Origin: a virus
Lineage: Duplodnaviria > Caudoviricetes
Strand: one strand, 5' to 3'
Virus record (IMG/VR): IMGVR_UViG_2974727065_000001
Location: 11,088-75,087 of that record
Length of the DNA stretch: 64,000 nucleotides
Below, piece after piece: positions 19,681 through 29,633 of this stretch; position 1 is the first letter of the stretch; the number at the start of each line of letters is the position of its first letter. A program made the translations under genes and the position numbers. The notes beneath the pieces are model-generated. The model had not been told where the DNA came from, did not search any database, and saw only the letters and a program-made list of their open reading frames with translations.

Positions 19681-22600
19681 ATGGTTGATACACCGAACCG
19701 TAAAGGTGTTCGCATCAAGGTTACTGCGGATACCGCAAAGGCCCGTGCTGACATCAACAAACTTAACGGCACGTTTCGGACGGTAGAAACGGGTGCTGCC
19801 CGTGCTGCTAATAACATCAAACGAATTGCGGTCTCTCTTGGTGCTGCTTTTGCTGGCGGCGCTGCTGTACGTGGGATTAACCGCGCTACTGACAGCTTCG
19901 TTGATATGGAGAACCAAGTCGCTCTCGTTGTAGGGCGTACTGACCAACTCCAAAAGCAAATGGATGAGATTTACAAGATCTCTTTGAAGACCAAAGCTCC
20001 GGTATCTGCTACGGCAGAATCCTTCTCGCGTATGGGCCGTGCTCTCGCTGACTCTGGTGCCTCGATTGAGGACATCAACAAAGCGGTTGTCACCCTGAAC
20101 AAAGCCTCGACTATCTCTGGTGGTTCTGTAGAATCCCAGAAAGCAGCTATCTTCCAGCTGGGTCAGGGTCTTGCTTCGGGTACTGTTCGTGGTCAGGAAC
20201 TTAACTCGGTGATGGAACAGCTTCCTCGTGTCGCTAAAGCTATCGCTGATGAGTTGGGTGTCGGTCTTGGTGGACTCCGCGCTCTCGCTGAAGAGGGTGA
20301 GGTGACTACTGAGGTTGTCTTCAAAGCTATGTTGAATCAGGCTGAGAAAGTGAACGCTGAATTCGGAAACATTCAGTTGACTTCCTCGAAAGCAATGGTT
20401 CTTCTGATCGATCAGGTCAAACGACTGACTGCTGACATTAGTAAAGCTACTGGCTTCACTGATGCCTTCACTCAACGGATTGTCAAGCTGACTGACTATC
20501 TGGCTGGGAACCGGGAAAGTATTGTTTCTGGTGTGGTCGAAACCCGTGACAAAATCAAAGAGCTTATCGGAAGCTTCAAAGAACTAGCTACCCTTGATGT
20601 TGCCCGTTCTTTTGCTGTTGATACGTTCTCGTCCGTGCGTAGTCTCGCACAACAGTACCTTGGAGACGCTGAAGACTATATCCGTGGTTGGTCTCAACGG
20701 ATTACTAACTACTTCTTTGAAATCTATGATGAAGTGATTGGTAACTCGTGGTGGACTGATACAGTAATCGAAACCTATGAACTCGCCCAGACGTACTTGT
20801 CCAAAGCTGATGGTGTTGTCGGAAAGTTCCGTGACTCTGTAATCAGTAAGTTTGAGGACATCTATTCTAGTTCCTCTCGTGGGTTCAACTTTAACGTATC
20901 AGCTACGATCGAATCGGCTGGTAGCTTGCAAAACAAGATCATTGAGGTAGTTGCAGAAGGTATCCGACGTGGTGCTGCTGCAATCTCAAGTATCGCTCCT
21001 ACTATTCGGAAGTCTATGGAAGTGGCCCTCGCTGGTGCTTTCGTTGCTGTGTTCTCTACTGGGAGTATCACAAAGAGCCTTTCGAAACTCGCTAACAAAC
21101 TCTCCCCTCTGTTGTTCCTCGGTCTGGCTGCAAAGTTGGTAGAAGCAGTTGGTTCACCTTCTGTGTTCGCTGCCTTTGGCTTCCTTGCGGGTGAATTCAC
21201 AGGTCAGGTTGTAAACACCTTTATCTCCGCAATCCCTGAGATTGTCACAGGTCTGGTGTCCGGTCTGGCAGGTGGTATCTATGGTTTGGTAAGTGAAGCA
21301 GGTGTACTTGGTGGTACGGCCTTCGCTGTAACTGCTGGTCTCATTATGAGCAAATCCTTCCGTGGTCTGGCTGTTGATCTGACTAAAGCCTTCGCTGGTG
21401 GTACAGGTTTCTTCGGAAACGGTAGCAGTGCTGCGGCTCGTCTCTTTGATCCAAAGGCTCGAAAGGAAATGTTCAAAGACCTTGGTGGGGCTTTCCGTAA
21501 CCTGACCTTTAGCTCCATCCTGATTGCAGACAATGCTCTTGGTGCCTTGGCAGACACTTCTGCAAGGACTGCCCGGATCAATAATGCAACTTTGGCTCCG
21601 TCCTTCAACACGATCGGTCGCGCGGCTAACTTTGCTCGTCTCAAGACTCTTGGTCTTGCTGCGGCAATCACTCTCGCTGCTACTTCGGCTTTTGCTGGAA
21701 CTGGTGGTGAAGGTGGCGGTGGCGGTCTTACTGAAGTCGCCCTGTTGATCGGCTCTTCGCTGATCGGGCCTGAGATCGTTAACCTTGTAGGTAAAGGGTT
21801 CCGGCTCCTTGGTCGTACTGCAGCTTTCTCTTTCGTTGGTGGCCTCCTGACTTCCATCGGGACTGCTATTGCGGGGGCTGTCGCTGGGATCGTTGCTGCG
21901 ATCACTGCACCAATTACCCTTGCTATTGCAGGTATTGTGGCTGCTGGTGGTATCGCTTATGTGATGCTCTTCGGTGAAGGTGACAGCTTCATGGCGAAAG
22001 TCAAGGACGTGATCAATGATGTGAAAGCAGAGTTCAACCTCTTGAACGTCTCTACGTTTGCTGCATCGAAAGATTTCAGTTCTCGTATTGGTCGCTTGGG
22101 TAATCAGGGTCAACTCGGCTCGAACCGTTTCTTGAACAATCGGACTGAAGATCGTTTGCAGAACCTCAACTTCTTGTCTCTTGACGACTCTACCGCTCGT
22201 GAGCTTCTGGAAGCTACCTCTCGACTTGAGCAGGTGTCCCAGAAAGCAGCACAGGAGGAGGCTCGTTACAACCAGGTAAGTGAGGGTACTCGGAAGCAGA
22301 TCCTTGCTGCGCAGAGAGCACTCTTGGAGGCTACGGAAGCGGCAGAGGGCAACCAAGCAACACTTGGTCAGACCTTCTCTGATTCTCTCAGCCAAGCTAT
22401 TGCAAGTGAACAAGGTGCGCTGAACCTCACTTCGGAGGCTATCACAAGTGCTTTCCTTCCGTTCCTGCTCAACCAAGAGTCTCGAAACCGTAGGGAAATC
22501 ATGGATCTTGTACAAGGGAACAACCTTGAGACGATGGATGATATCCGGGTTCTCTTGGATAACCTTGCTGTTCAAGATCCTGCTCAACTGGCAACGATCA

Positions 22601-24648
22601 TGGGTGAGAATGTAGCGAATGCTGTTCTTCAACTCCGTGGACAGACTCTTGATAAACAGTCTCTTGATGCGTTCTCTTCGCTTGTTGCTGCCCAATCTAC
22701 GGGTGATGCAAAGCTGATCGAGCGTGCTGTTAAAGACTTTAACGATACGATGGCTGAGGCTCCTCAAAGGTTTGCTGCCGCTGTGGAGGAACGTTCGATT
22801 GATACACTGCGGAACTTCCGTGATGTGTCTAACCAAGAACTGGCTAACATCGATCGTGGTGAACTCTTCAACATCACTAAGCTGATCAACCTGTTGTCTG
22901 GTGCTGAACGCCAGCTTGAGAATGCTATCAACAACCGTACTCAGTTCTCGGACCAAGAACGGGCTGATCGTGCTCAACGGGTGCAAGCTCTGGAAGCAGA
23001 ACTCAGCCTTGCCTTTGAACGGGCTGTTCAGACCGGGATTGACTCTGCGGACTTCACTGACTTGACCAACCGTCTTCTTGATGCTGGTTTGGATGAAGGT
23101 CTTGCTAACCGTCTTTCCTTCTCTGGTCAAACAGATGAGATTGGTATCTTGTCTGGTGCTCTCCGTGAAGTTGAGAAACAGATTGAGGACATCGAGTCTG
23201 GTGCAGTAAAGTGGAACAAAGCTACTGAACAACAGTTGGCGGTTCTGAAGCTCACTCAGGCAAGCCTCCAAGACCAGTTCACAGCCATTGCCTCTATCAA
23301 GGAAATTCAAGACATCAAACCTGATGAGATTGAAGATCTCTTGGCAGAAGCTATTGCGATCTCTGGTCTGGATATCGACCTCGACCAACTGTTCAAGGTT
23401 GATCCTAACACCCGTAAAGAGATTGCTGAACTGGCTGCTAACGTTCTGGCTCTTCGTGTTGCTGCGAATGCAAACACTGAAGGTACTCTTGGCGCTGCTG
23501 GTGCTGACTCACAAGTTGATGCTGTAGCTCAAATCGAAGCTGCCTCGGCTCGGATCAAAGGTATCTTCAAGGGTCTGGGTAACTCTATCACTAAAGGTGT
23601 TGGTGGTGCAGCTAAAGCTATGACTGACTTTGAACGCCTTGTTCAAGGTACTGGTCTGGCGATCGAGTCGGCTGTACAACTTGGTGCGAAAGAGGCCTCG
23701 AACATTGTTTCCTCGCTGAAGCAAATCGAGACTGCTGAGAAAGCGATCAACAAGCTCGCCCTGAGCAACGTTGAAGCGCGTCGTCAACAGTATGCTCTGA
23801 TTGAGAAGCAACGCCAAGCTATCTCGGATATTCTTCTGAGTGGTAACGTTGGCCAAGCCCAAGCTGGTCTGTCGAGTCTGGGTCTTGATCCAGAGGTTGC
23901 CTTCAGAGGTCCAGAAGCGATCAACGAAGCACTTCGCTTGAATGAGTTGTACCGTGAACGGAATGAGCTTGATGTGAACAACGTCGAAGCAATCCGTCAG
24001 AAAACTCGTGAGATCGAACGCCAAGAAGAACTCTTGAAAGGATTGGTGGAGAACACTAACGAAATGAAAGAGAACTTCGGCCAGAGCCTTCAAGAAAGCA
24101 TTTCGAGTGTACTCAAAGGTGGAAGCCTGAAAGACGCATTCTTCAGCTTGCTTGATGGTCTCACCAATGACATCATCGATAACTTTGCTCAAGGACTTGC
24201 TGACTCCCTCATGGACTCCGACATGTTCAAGAACTTGTTTGACAGTCTCCTCAACCCGGATACCTTCAAGGGTCTTGGTGAAGGACTGATGAACATCTTC
24301 AAAGGCATCGGTGGAGGCGGTGGAGGTGGTCTCTTCAGCTTCCTTGGTAGCCTCTTCGGTGGCTTCAAGTTCTTTGATGTAGGTGGTACGGTTCCGTTCG
24401 TACCCGGTGCTCAACACGGTAAAGACTCTGTCCCTGCCATGCTGAAACCCGGTGAACGTGTTCTGTCCAAGAATGATATCAGGAATGGTCAACGTGGTGC
24501 TCGCGGTGGTTCCAACACCTCTACCTTCAACATTGAAGTTACTGGTGACATCACCCGTCAGACGCGTCGTGAGATCATGGATATGATTCCTCAGATTGCT
24601 CAAAGCGTGAATGCTGAGAACAAAGAACTCAACTACCAATATCGGTAA
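19681..24648 (+). CDS. Tail tape measure protein
   Basis: 1655 aa, Ala/Gly-rich; tape-measure domain (QLGQGLASG.VRGQELNSVMEQ.P), hydrophobic middle and C-terminal GG.V...DSVPAML.PGE.V. Confidence 0.92.
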   Translation: MVDTPNRKGVRIKVTADTAKARADINKLNGTFRTVETGAARAANNIKRIAVSLGAAFAGGAAVRGINRATDSFVDMENQVALVVGRTDQLQKQMDEIYKISLKTKAPVSATAESFSRMGRALADSGASIEDINKAVVTLNKASTISGGSVESQKAAIFQLGQGLASGTVRGQELNSVMEQLPRVAKAIADELGVGLGGLRALAEEGEVTTEVVFKAMLNQAEKVNAEFGNIQLTSSKAMVLLIDQVKRLTADISKATGFTDAFTQRIVKLTDYLAGNRESIVSGVVETRDKIKELIGSFKELATLDVARSFAVDTFSSVRSLAQQYLGDAEDYIRGWSQRITNYFFEIYDEVIGNSWWTDTVIETYELAQTYLSKADGVVGKFRDSVISKFEDIYSSSSRGFNFNVSATIESAGSLQNKIIEVVAEGIRRGAAAISSIAPTIRKSMEVALAGAFVAVFSTGSITKSLSKLANKLSPLLFLGLAAKLVEAVGSPSVFAAFGFLAGEFTGQVVNTFISAIPEIVTGLVSGLAGGIYGLVSEAGVLGGTAFAVTAGLIMSKSFRGLAVDLTKAFAGGTGFFGNGSSAAARLFDPKARKEMFKDLGGAFRNLTFSSILIADNALGALADTSARTARINNATLAPSFNTIGRAANFARLKTLGLAAAITLAATSAFAGTGGEGGGGGLTEVALLIGSSLIGPEIVNLVGKGFRLLGRTAAFSFVGGLLTSIGTAIAGAVAGIVAAITAPITLAIAGIVAAGGIAYVMLFGEGDSFMAKVKDVINDVKAEFNLLNVSTFAASKDFSSRIGRLGNQGQLGSNRFLNNRTEDRLQNLNFLSLDDSTARELLEATSRLEQVSQKAAQEEARYNQVSEGTRKQILAAQRALLEATEAAEGNQATLGQTFSDSLSQAIASEQGALNLTSEAITSAFLPFLLNQESRNRREIMDLVQGNNLETMDDIRVLLDNLAVQDPAQLATIMGENVANAVLQLRGQTLDKQSLDAFSSLVAAQSTGDAKLIERAVKDFNDTMAEAPQRFAAAVEERSIDTLRNFRDVSNQELANIDRGELFNITKLINLLSGAERQLENAINNRTQFSDQERADRAQRVQALEAELSLAFERAVQTGIDSADFTDLTNRLLDAGLDEGLANRLSFSGQTDEIGILSGALREVEKQIEDIESGAVKWNKATEQQLAVLKLTQASLQDQFTAIASIKEIQDIKPDEIEDLLAEAIAISGLDIDLDQLFKVDPNTRKEIAELAANVLALRVAANANTEGTLGAAGADSQVDAVAQIEAASARIKGIFKGLGNSITKGVGGAAKAMTDFERLVQGTGLAIESAVQLGAKEASNIVSSLKQIETAEKAINKLALSNVEARRQQYALIEKQRQAISDILLSGNVGQAQAGLSSLGLDPEVAFRGPEAINEALRLNELYRERNELDVNNVEAIRQKTREIERQEELLKGLVENTNEMKENFGQSLQESISSVLKGGSLKDAFFSLLDGLTNDIIDNFAQGLADSLMDSDMFKNLFDSLLNPDTFKGLGEGLMNIFKGIGGGGGGGLFSFLGSLFGGFKFFDVGGTVPFVPGAQHGKDSVPAMLKPGERVLSKNDIRNGQRGARGGSNTSTFNIEVTGDITRQTRREIMDMIPQIAQSVNAENKELNYQYR

Positions 24649-24657
24649 AACTATTGT

Positions 24658-24686
24658 GGTCATCCCTTCGGGGGTGGCCCTTTTTT
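24658..24686 (+). terminator. Intrinsic terminator ending the morphogenesis operon
   Basis: GGTCATCCC-TTCG-GGGGTGGCC followed by CTTTTTT. Confidence 0.85.
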
Positions 24687-24702
24687 ACCAAAAACGCACC
24701 CA

Positions 24703-24734
24703 AAAAAGTGAGAAAACTAAGGCATCTATAATGA
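24703..24734 (+). promoter_or_regulatory. Class I (early) promoter-like repeat, copy 1
   Basis: AAAAAGTGAGAAAACTAAGGCATCTATAATGA, identical to 25150-25181. Confidence 0.75.
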
Positions 24735-24741
24735 AGAAACC

Positions 24742-25158
24742 ATGAAAGGAAGTAATATGAACTTCGCAATTCGTCACCCTCAAATCCAGAACCTCATTGA
24801 CCTTGCAATGGCTTACGGTGCCGGAGACAAGAAGATCCTCGAACTCCAACTGGACATTGTTCGTCGATCTTGTATGATGGAGTGTGAACCCCATGCAAAC
24901 CTGATTGTACTTCCGGGCTGTGAACTCGGTTACATGGAAGGTATTCCGGGCGTCCTTCAGAAGTATCGGGAGAACATCCGGTATGCTGATGCAGTTGTTC
25001 TGGACCAAGGGGATCTGTGGTACGTCATCAAAGATCGTTTTGCTGGACGCCACGGGCCTATCTCGGACGACTACTTCCGTCGTCTTTTTGTACGAGAGTG
25101 TAACAACGCTCTGCGCCAACGTCAAGAACTTTGGAGGGAAAAGACCCAGAAAAAGTGA
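24742..25158 (+). CDS. Hypothetical early protein
   Basis: ORF between the two class I repeats; the likely start is the second Met, after AAGGA. Confidence 0.6.
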   Translation: MKGSNMNFAIRHPQIQNLIDLAMAYGAGDKKILELQLDIVRRSCMMECEPHANLIVLPGCELGYMEGIPGVLQKYRENIRYADAVVLDQGDLWYVIKDRFAGRHGPISDDYFRRLFVRECNNALRQRQELWREKTQKK

Positions 25159-25181
25159 GAAAACTAAGGCATCTATAATGA
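25150..25181 (+). promoter_or_regulatory. Class I (early) promoter-like repeat, copy 2
   Basis: Exact 32-bp copy of 24703-24734. Confidence 0.75.
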
Positions 25182-25287
25182 TAGAATGAAATCTATCAGC
25201 AACAAAACCTGATCACAAGAGCACAGAACAAGAATCTACAAAAAGAAGTTGTGCCAAGTGGATCTATCAAACCAAAGGAACTCGAAA

Positions 25288-25589
25288 TGAAAAAGATCCT
25301 CGCAGTCGTGAAAGCGACAGTCACCACCCTCAAGAAGAAGCTCCATGCGGTTCTGATGAAGATCCGCGCCGTGAAGGACCGTGTATTGGACCGTCGCGCT
25401 GGAGTTACCGTCGCTGTAACTCAGTACACCGATGCTCACAAGACACTTCAGGTTCTCGTTGAAGAGCGTAACGCCCGTAACAAGGCTGAGTCTGAAGAAC
25501 TGAACTGGGCCATGCATCACAGCAAGCCTCGTAAACCCCGGAAGACCAAACCTCTTCGTCGTAAACTCAACAAAGGAAAAGCACAATGA
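25288..25589 (+). CDS. Hypothetical basic protein
   Basis: ATG after AAGGA; Lys/Arg-rich. Confidence 0.55.
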
Positions 25590-26026
25590 TCCGTGTAATC
25601 AAAGCAATCGCTCGTGGAATTCGCAAAGTCGGTTCTGCAATCCGTAACAACCGTGTTTCGAAGTTCGTTCGTAGCAAGGTTCGTAACTACCCTGTGATTC
25701 GGACAGTTCTCATTCTGGCCGCAATCATCGCACCTGTTCTGGGTGGCGTTGCTCTGACCCCTATGATGTTCGATGCAATGCTGAAGTCCTTGCCTTTGGT
25801 CGGTATCCTGATCTCGGCAACCCTGACCTTCTGCATCATCGAAGCAGTTGTGTTTTTCAAGGCTGGTAACATCCGTCTGTGGTGGCTGTATGTCACTGGT
25901 TTTGTTCGTCACGTCCTGACACTCTCAGTGACGCTGATGATCGTAACTCACCTGATGGTTCCCTTCCTGATGATCTTCGGGATGGTAACTCTCGCCTTTT
26001 ACTTCCTCAACGGATTGGTGATCTAA
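25586..26026 (+). CDS. Hypothetical membrane protein
   Basis: About four hydrophobic segments. Confidence 0.6.
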   Translation: MIRVIKAIARGIRKVGSAIRNNRVSKFVRSKVRNYPVIRTVLILAAIIAPVLGGVALTPMMFDAMLKSLPLVGILISATLTFCIIEAVVFFKAGNIRLWWLYVTGFVRHVLTLSVTLMIVTHLMVPFLMIFGMVTLAFYFLNGLVI

Positions 26027-26539
26027 ATGTGGAAAATAACGAAATGTATCTTGCTTACGATCTTCATGTTAGGTTGTTTGACAGTTCTTGGCCTCGCTAA
26101 GATGTTGGACATCCTCTTGGGGGTCTTGAGCTGGTGCAATCAAAGAAGGAGACTTTCTATGATTCATCGAAAAGATACCGGAGCGGGGCAATACTGAATT
26201 GCTTACTCTGGTTGTTGGATCTCTAATAAAACTCGTCATGGGCGTTCTTGTCAATCTTTTAGCTGAACGTATCATGAAGTTCATCTCACCTATGCTTGAA
26301 GCTCTGATCAAGAGAAGTCTCTGGTGGGCAATGAGAAACGTATCCGCAACCTTTGTTTGAATGTCGCTGTAGTGCCTATGTGCAGAGCGTAGGATCGGGC
26401 ATTCTCAAAGATGATGGCGCAGGTTCCCTTAGTTGGGTGCCTTAAACTCTATAACACCAAGTGGTAAACGCCAAGCTGGCAACCGTCAAACGACACACCG
26501 TAATGGAATCGCCCTAAGTGGCACTGAAAGGAACTAACT

Positions 26540-26866
26540 ATGACTTACCGTTTTTACCGTGGCTGCAGCATGACTGAAGCAAAAGAACTGGTCGGTGGGA
26601 TCCAAACTAAGGACTTCACCCACTGGACTGACAGCGGAGAAAAGGCTGCGATGTATGCACGTCGCTACAAGGATGGGGCGATCGTCTGCTTTGAAGTTGA
26701 TGAACTCCCTGTTCACTGGAATACTCGTAAGAGTGTTGCCGAAGGTGATGCTGTTCACGGGAACATCCCGGAATGGCGTATCCCTCGTCAATATTTCAAT
26801 CAGGACCGGGGTCTTTGGTGCATGACCGAAGAAGCTCGTATCTTCCTGCCGACCGACTTCCAGTAA
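26540..26866 (+). CDS. Small ADP-ribosyltransferase-like protein
   Basis: YRG near the N-terminus, HWTDS..KA.MYA and a downstream E-W; spacing resembles the ART fold. Confidence 0.4.
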   Translation: MTYRFYRGCSMTEAKELVGGIQTKDFTHWTDSGEKAAMYARRYKDGAIVCFEVDELPVHWNTRKSVAEGDAVHGNIPEWRIPRQYFNQDRGLWCMTEEARIFLPTDFQ

Positions 26867-26899
26867 GACCCAAACCCAAACCCTAGTAGGAGACAAACA

Positions 26900-27214
26900 A
26901 TGTACAACTTCTTCAACATCATTCGTGCCGAAAACGCAGCCCTGAATCGTGGTCAGTTCCTCGTTGGGATGCTCTATGTCTTCGGTATGATGCTTCTGTT
27001 CTTGCTTGCAGAGTCCGAAGCTTCGGCAATCTCGATCATCGCTGTGCTGGCGGCAATCTATGTCCGCACAGTGATTAGCTTCAAACGACTCAATGATCTC
27101 GGACATCATTGGGCCTTCCTGATTCTCGGCTTCATCCCGATTGTCGAAACTATCTTCCTCGTTTATCTGGCAGCAATGCCCGGTAAAGAAAACAACCGTA
27201 GTGTCTTGAGCTAA
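26900..27214 (+). CDS. DUF805-like membrane protein
   Basis: KRLNDLG..W....IP....PG pattern. Confidence 0.7.
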   Translation: MYNFFNIIRAENAALNRGQFLVGMLYVFGMMLLFLLAESEASAISIIAVLAAIYVRTVISFKRLNDLGHHWAFLILGFIPIVETIFLVYLAAMPGKENNRSVLS

Positions 27215-27226
27215 GGAGAAACACCA

Positions 27227-27622
27227 ATGACACCTACAATGTGCCTTGCAATGGCCCTTTACTTTGAGGTACGTGGCGAAATGAAACATGACCCGGATGC
27301 GGGTTATGCAGTCGCCGAAGTGATCATGAACAGGGTCGAAGATCGTCGTTGGCCTGATAACGTCTGTGCTGTCATCCAGCAGGACAAAGGACCGAAGCCT
27401 CACGACTGTCAGTTCTCATTTTACTGTGATGGGAAGTCTGACAAAATGGGTGACGTTAAAGCCCGTGAGCAGTCGATCGCTATTGCCAAGGATGTCCTTG
27501 CAGGTGAACGACCACTCGGAATCACTTCCAACCACTACCACACCGACAAGGTGAACCCTTCGTGGAACAAGCGAATGGAGTTTGACGGCCTGATTGGTGG
27601 TCATCTCTTCTTCACATATTAA
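27227..27622 (+). CDS. sleB: SleB-like cell wall hydrolase (Hydrolase_2)
   Basis: CLA.A.YFE.RGE, AVAEVIMNRV...P..VC.V, CQFS.YCDG, HYH...V.P.W and IG.H.F motifs. Confidence 0.85.
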   Translation: MTPTMCLAMALYFEVRGEMKHDPDAGYAVAEVIMNRVEDRRWPDNVCAVIQQDKGPKPHDCQFSFYCDGKSDKMGDVKAREQSIAIAKDVLAGERPLGITSNHYHTDKVNPSWNKRMEFDGLIGGHLFFTY

Positions 27623-27647
27623 TGTAACAACTACAGGATAAAGCGAA

Positions 27648-28361
27648 ATGGACTTCCTGAAGAACCTCAACCCCGTCTGGAATGTTTTCATCAATGTTGC
27701 TGTGGATGCAGCAGACCCCTTCCCGGACTTCTTCCAAGAACCCCGTGAGGCTATCGAAGAGTGGAGCAATTCCCTTGGTTGTGGTATGTACTCAGAGGTT
27801 TACCCCTCTACCAAAGAAGACTTCGTCATCAAGATCGGTAACGATATTCACGATGATGGTTGGCTTCACTATGCACTCCGGTGCATTGAAACTAACTCGA
27901 AGTACTCCTTCATGCCGACGATCAAGAAACTCTTGGTGGACTTCAACAGCAAAGAGTTCTTTGGAGTCATCGAACGGTTGGAGCCTTTGAAGGGTGACTA
28001 CGAAGAGAAACCAGACATCTGGATTCAGTATGATATGGGTGATCGGTCGGTCCTCCAATCCAAACTGTACAGTTCAGAACTTCCGAAAGATGTTATGGAT
28101 GAAATGGTTGAGTTTCTTGATGGAGAGTCAGAAGCAACCAAACACCATGACCCCTTCCGTTTGGATGCTCACCATGACAACTGGATGACCCGTGAAGATG
28201 GGTCGTTCGTCCTGACAGATCCGTTCTCTCGAACCTCTGTCGGAGAATACACCAAGAAGCTTCTTCGCCAGTTGGCGGAGTCGCACCCTAACCAAGTCCG
28301 TGTGATCGAAGAAGACCACGGTTACTATCCCCCAGAGATCGCTATCGCAGCAGCACAATAA
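27648..28361 (+). CDS. T7 gp0.7-like Ser/Thr protein kinase
   Basis: LG.G.YS.VY glycine loop, VIKIG, D.H..N.M catalytic loop and VLTDP. Confidence 0.75.
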   Translation: MDFLKNLNPVWNVFINVAVDAADPFPDFFQEPREAIEEWSNSLGCGMYSEVYPSTKEDFVIKIGNDIHDDGWLHYALRCIETNSKYSFMPTIKKLLVDFNSKEFFGVIERLEPLKGDYEEKPDIWIQYDMGDRSVLQSKLYSSELPKDVMDEMVEFLDGESEATKHHDPFRLDAHHDNWMTREDGSFVLTDPFSRTSVGEYTKKLLRQLAESHPNQVRVIEEDHGYYPPEIAIAAAQ

Positions 28362-28982
28362 GGAACTACACTATGAACACCCAAACTCAGATCTTCACCG
28401 CAGACGAAGCCCGTAAAGTTGAGCGCAAAGCAATCCAGTGGATCTTCAAGAACATCACCTGTTCGAAGACTCCGGTTCAGGATTTCTCGGTTCGGGCCAA
28501 CTTCAAAGGCGCTACGAAAACCATCACTGTCAACTTCAGCAAGTAAGGAATCTTATGTTGAACAAAATCAAACAAACCGCGAAGGCTGTGAACAACAAAC
28601 TTGATGCTTGGTGTGAGCGTTCTCCGAGGCTGGCACTCTCGATCATCGGGCTTGTGATATTCTCATTCCTTGGATTCCTCCTTGGAGTATTTGTGATCGG
28701 GTTCCTCTCATTCCTTCTTTGGGAATTGCCGGTTTCGTCTCCTCTTCTTCTTTTCCGAGGAACTACGGCGCTCGGCTTCATTGTCGGAGTGATCTTCATC
28801 CTTGATAAGGATGGTGCAAATGTCCTTGACCGATAAACTAGAAGCTCGCGTTATCGCACCCTATGAAGAACTGGAGTTCTGCCCTGTGCTGGACTTCAAA
28901 GATGGTGTTTATATCGTCCTGAAAGACCCTGACGGTATCAACCGTTTCATCGACCTGAAAACAACACAAGTGGAAATCCAAA

Positions 28983-29537
28983 ATGTGCAATGAGAAAATC
29001 GCTCTCGGCTACGAACTCTACACCTCTGGTTACGTGAACCGTTACCACTCGCATCCTCACCCTCATCTGCGGAATGCACAAGACCTGACGGACGCTCACA
29101 GCAACCGTATGGTGAAGCTTCTGTATCTGTTCTTCCCCGAACTTGCTCATCGGGGGACTCTGGTGGCTTACATCGTCATGCACGATGCAGGAGAATCGGC
29201 TTCCGGTGACAGCCCGTTCACTGCGAAGATCGCCAATCCGAAGTTGAAGGAAGCTCTGGATGAGGTTGAAGGTCAACGTCTGGCACAGTTCTATGGGCTG
29301 TTTCAGAATGATCTTCGTATCGACCTGACCCAGAAAGAAGAGAACGTGGTCAAGCTGCTGGATCTTCTCGAAAGCTTCTTGTTCCAAGCGATCCACGCAC
29401 CGGGGCGTATGGACGAAGAGCATCACCTCTTTCAGAACATCGAGAAGCGTGCTCGTGAACTGGAAGTCTACCCTGAAGTTCGCTGTATGATGATGCACGC
29501 ACTTCACCGCAACAATGCCGCAACGAAAGGCTACTAA
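28983..29537 (+). CDS. HD-domain phosphohydrolase (YfbR/DatZ-like)
   Basis: V.RYH, HS, HD..E...GD.P and VK..D.LE motifs. Confidence 0.75.
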   Translation: MCNEKIALGYELYTSGYVNRYHSHPHPHLRNAQDLTDAHSNRMVKLLYLFFPELAHRGTLVAYIVMHDAGESASGDSPFTAKIANPKLKEALDEVEGQRLAQFYGLFQNDLRIDLTQKEENVVKLLDLLESFLFQAIHAPGRMDEEHHLFQNIEKRARELEVYPEVRCMMMHALHRNNAATKGY

Positions 29538-29633
29538 CTATGGAAGAAATGATCATTGAAGGTCTGCAATCACCTTGGTTGATTGTTGTTCCTGTTGTCG
29601 CTCTGATTTTGGTATGGGTCTTGAAAGGAGATC

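Noticed and set aside
21154-23388. 744-aa minus-strand ORF (also 56673-58643, 15263-16501, 23509-24663, 59633-60799, 45264-46307)
   Set aside because: These are antisense shadows of strongly codon-biased + strand genes, with no RBS or recognisable motifs.
24703-25181. 32-bp direct repeat as att sites, terminal repeat or IS ends
   Set aside because: No integrase or transposase is present, and the core recurs at 56706 at another operon start.
28983-29537. HD hydrolase as evidence for a Z-genome (DatZ)
   Set aside because: No PurZ or MazZ is visible in the window, and HD hydrolases are common in phages.
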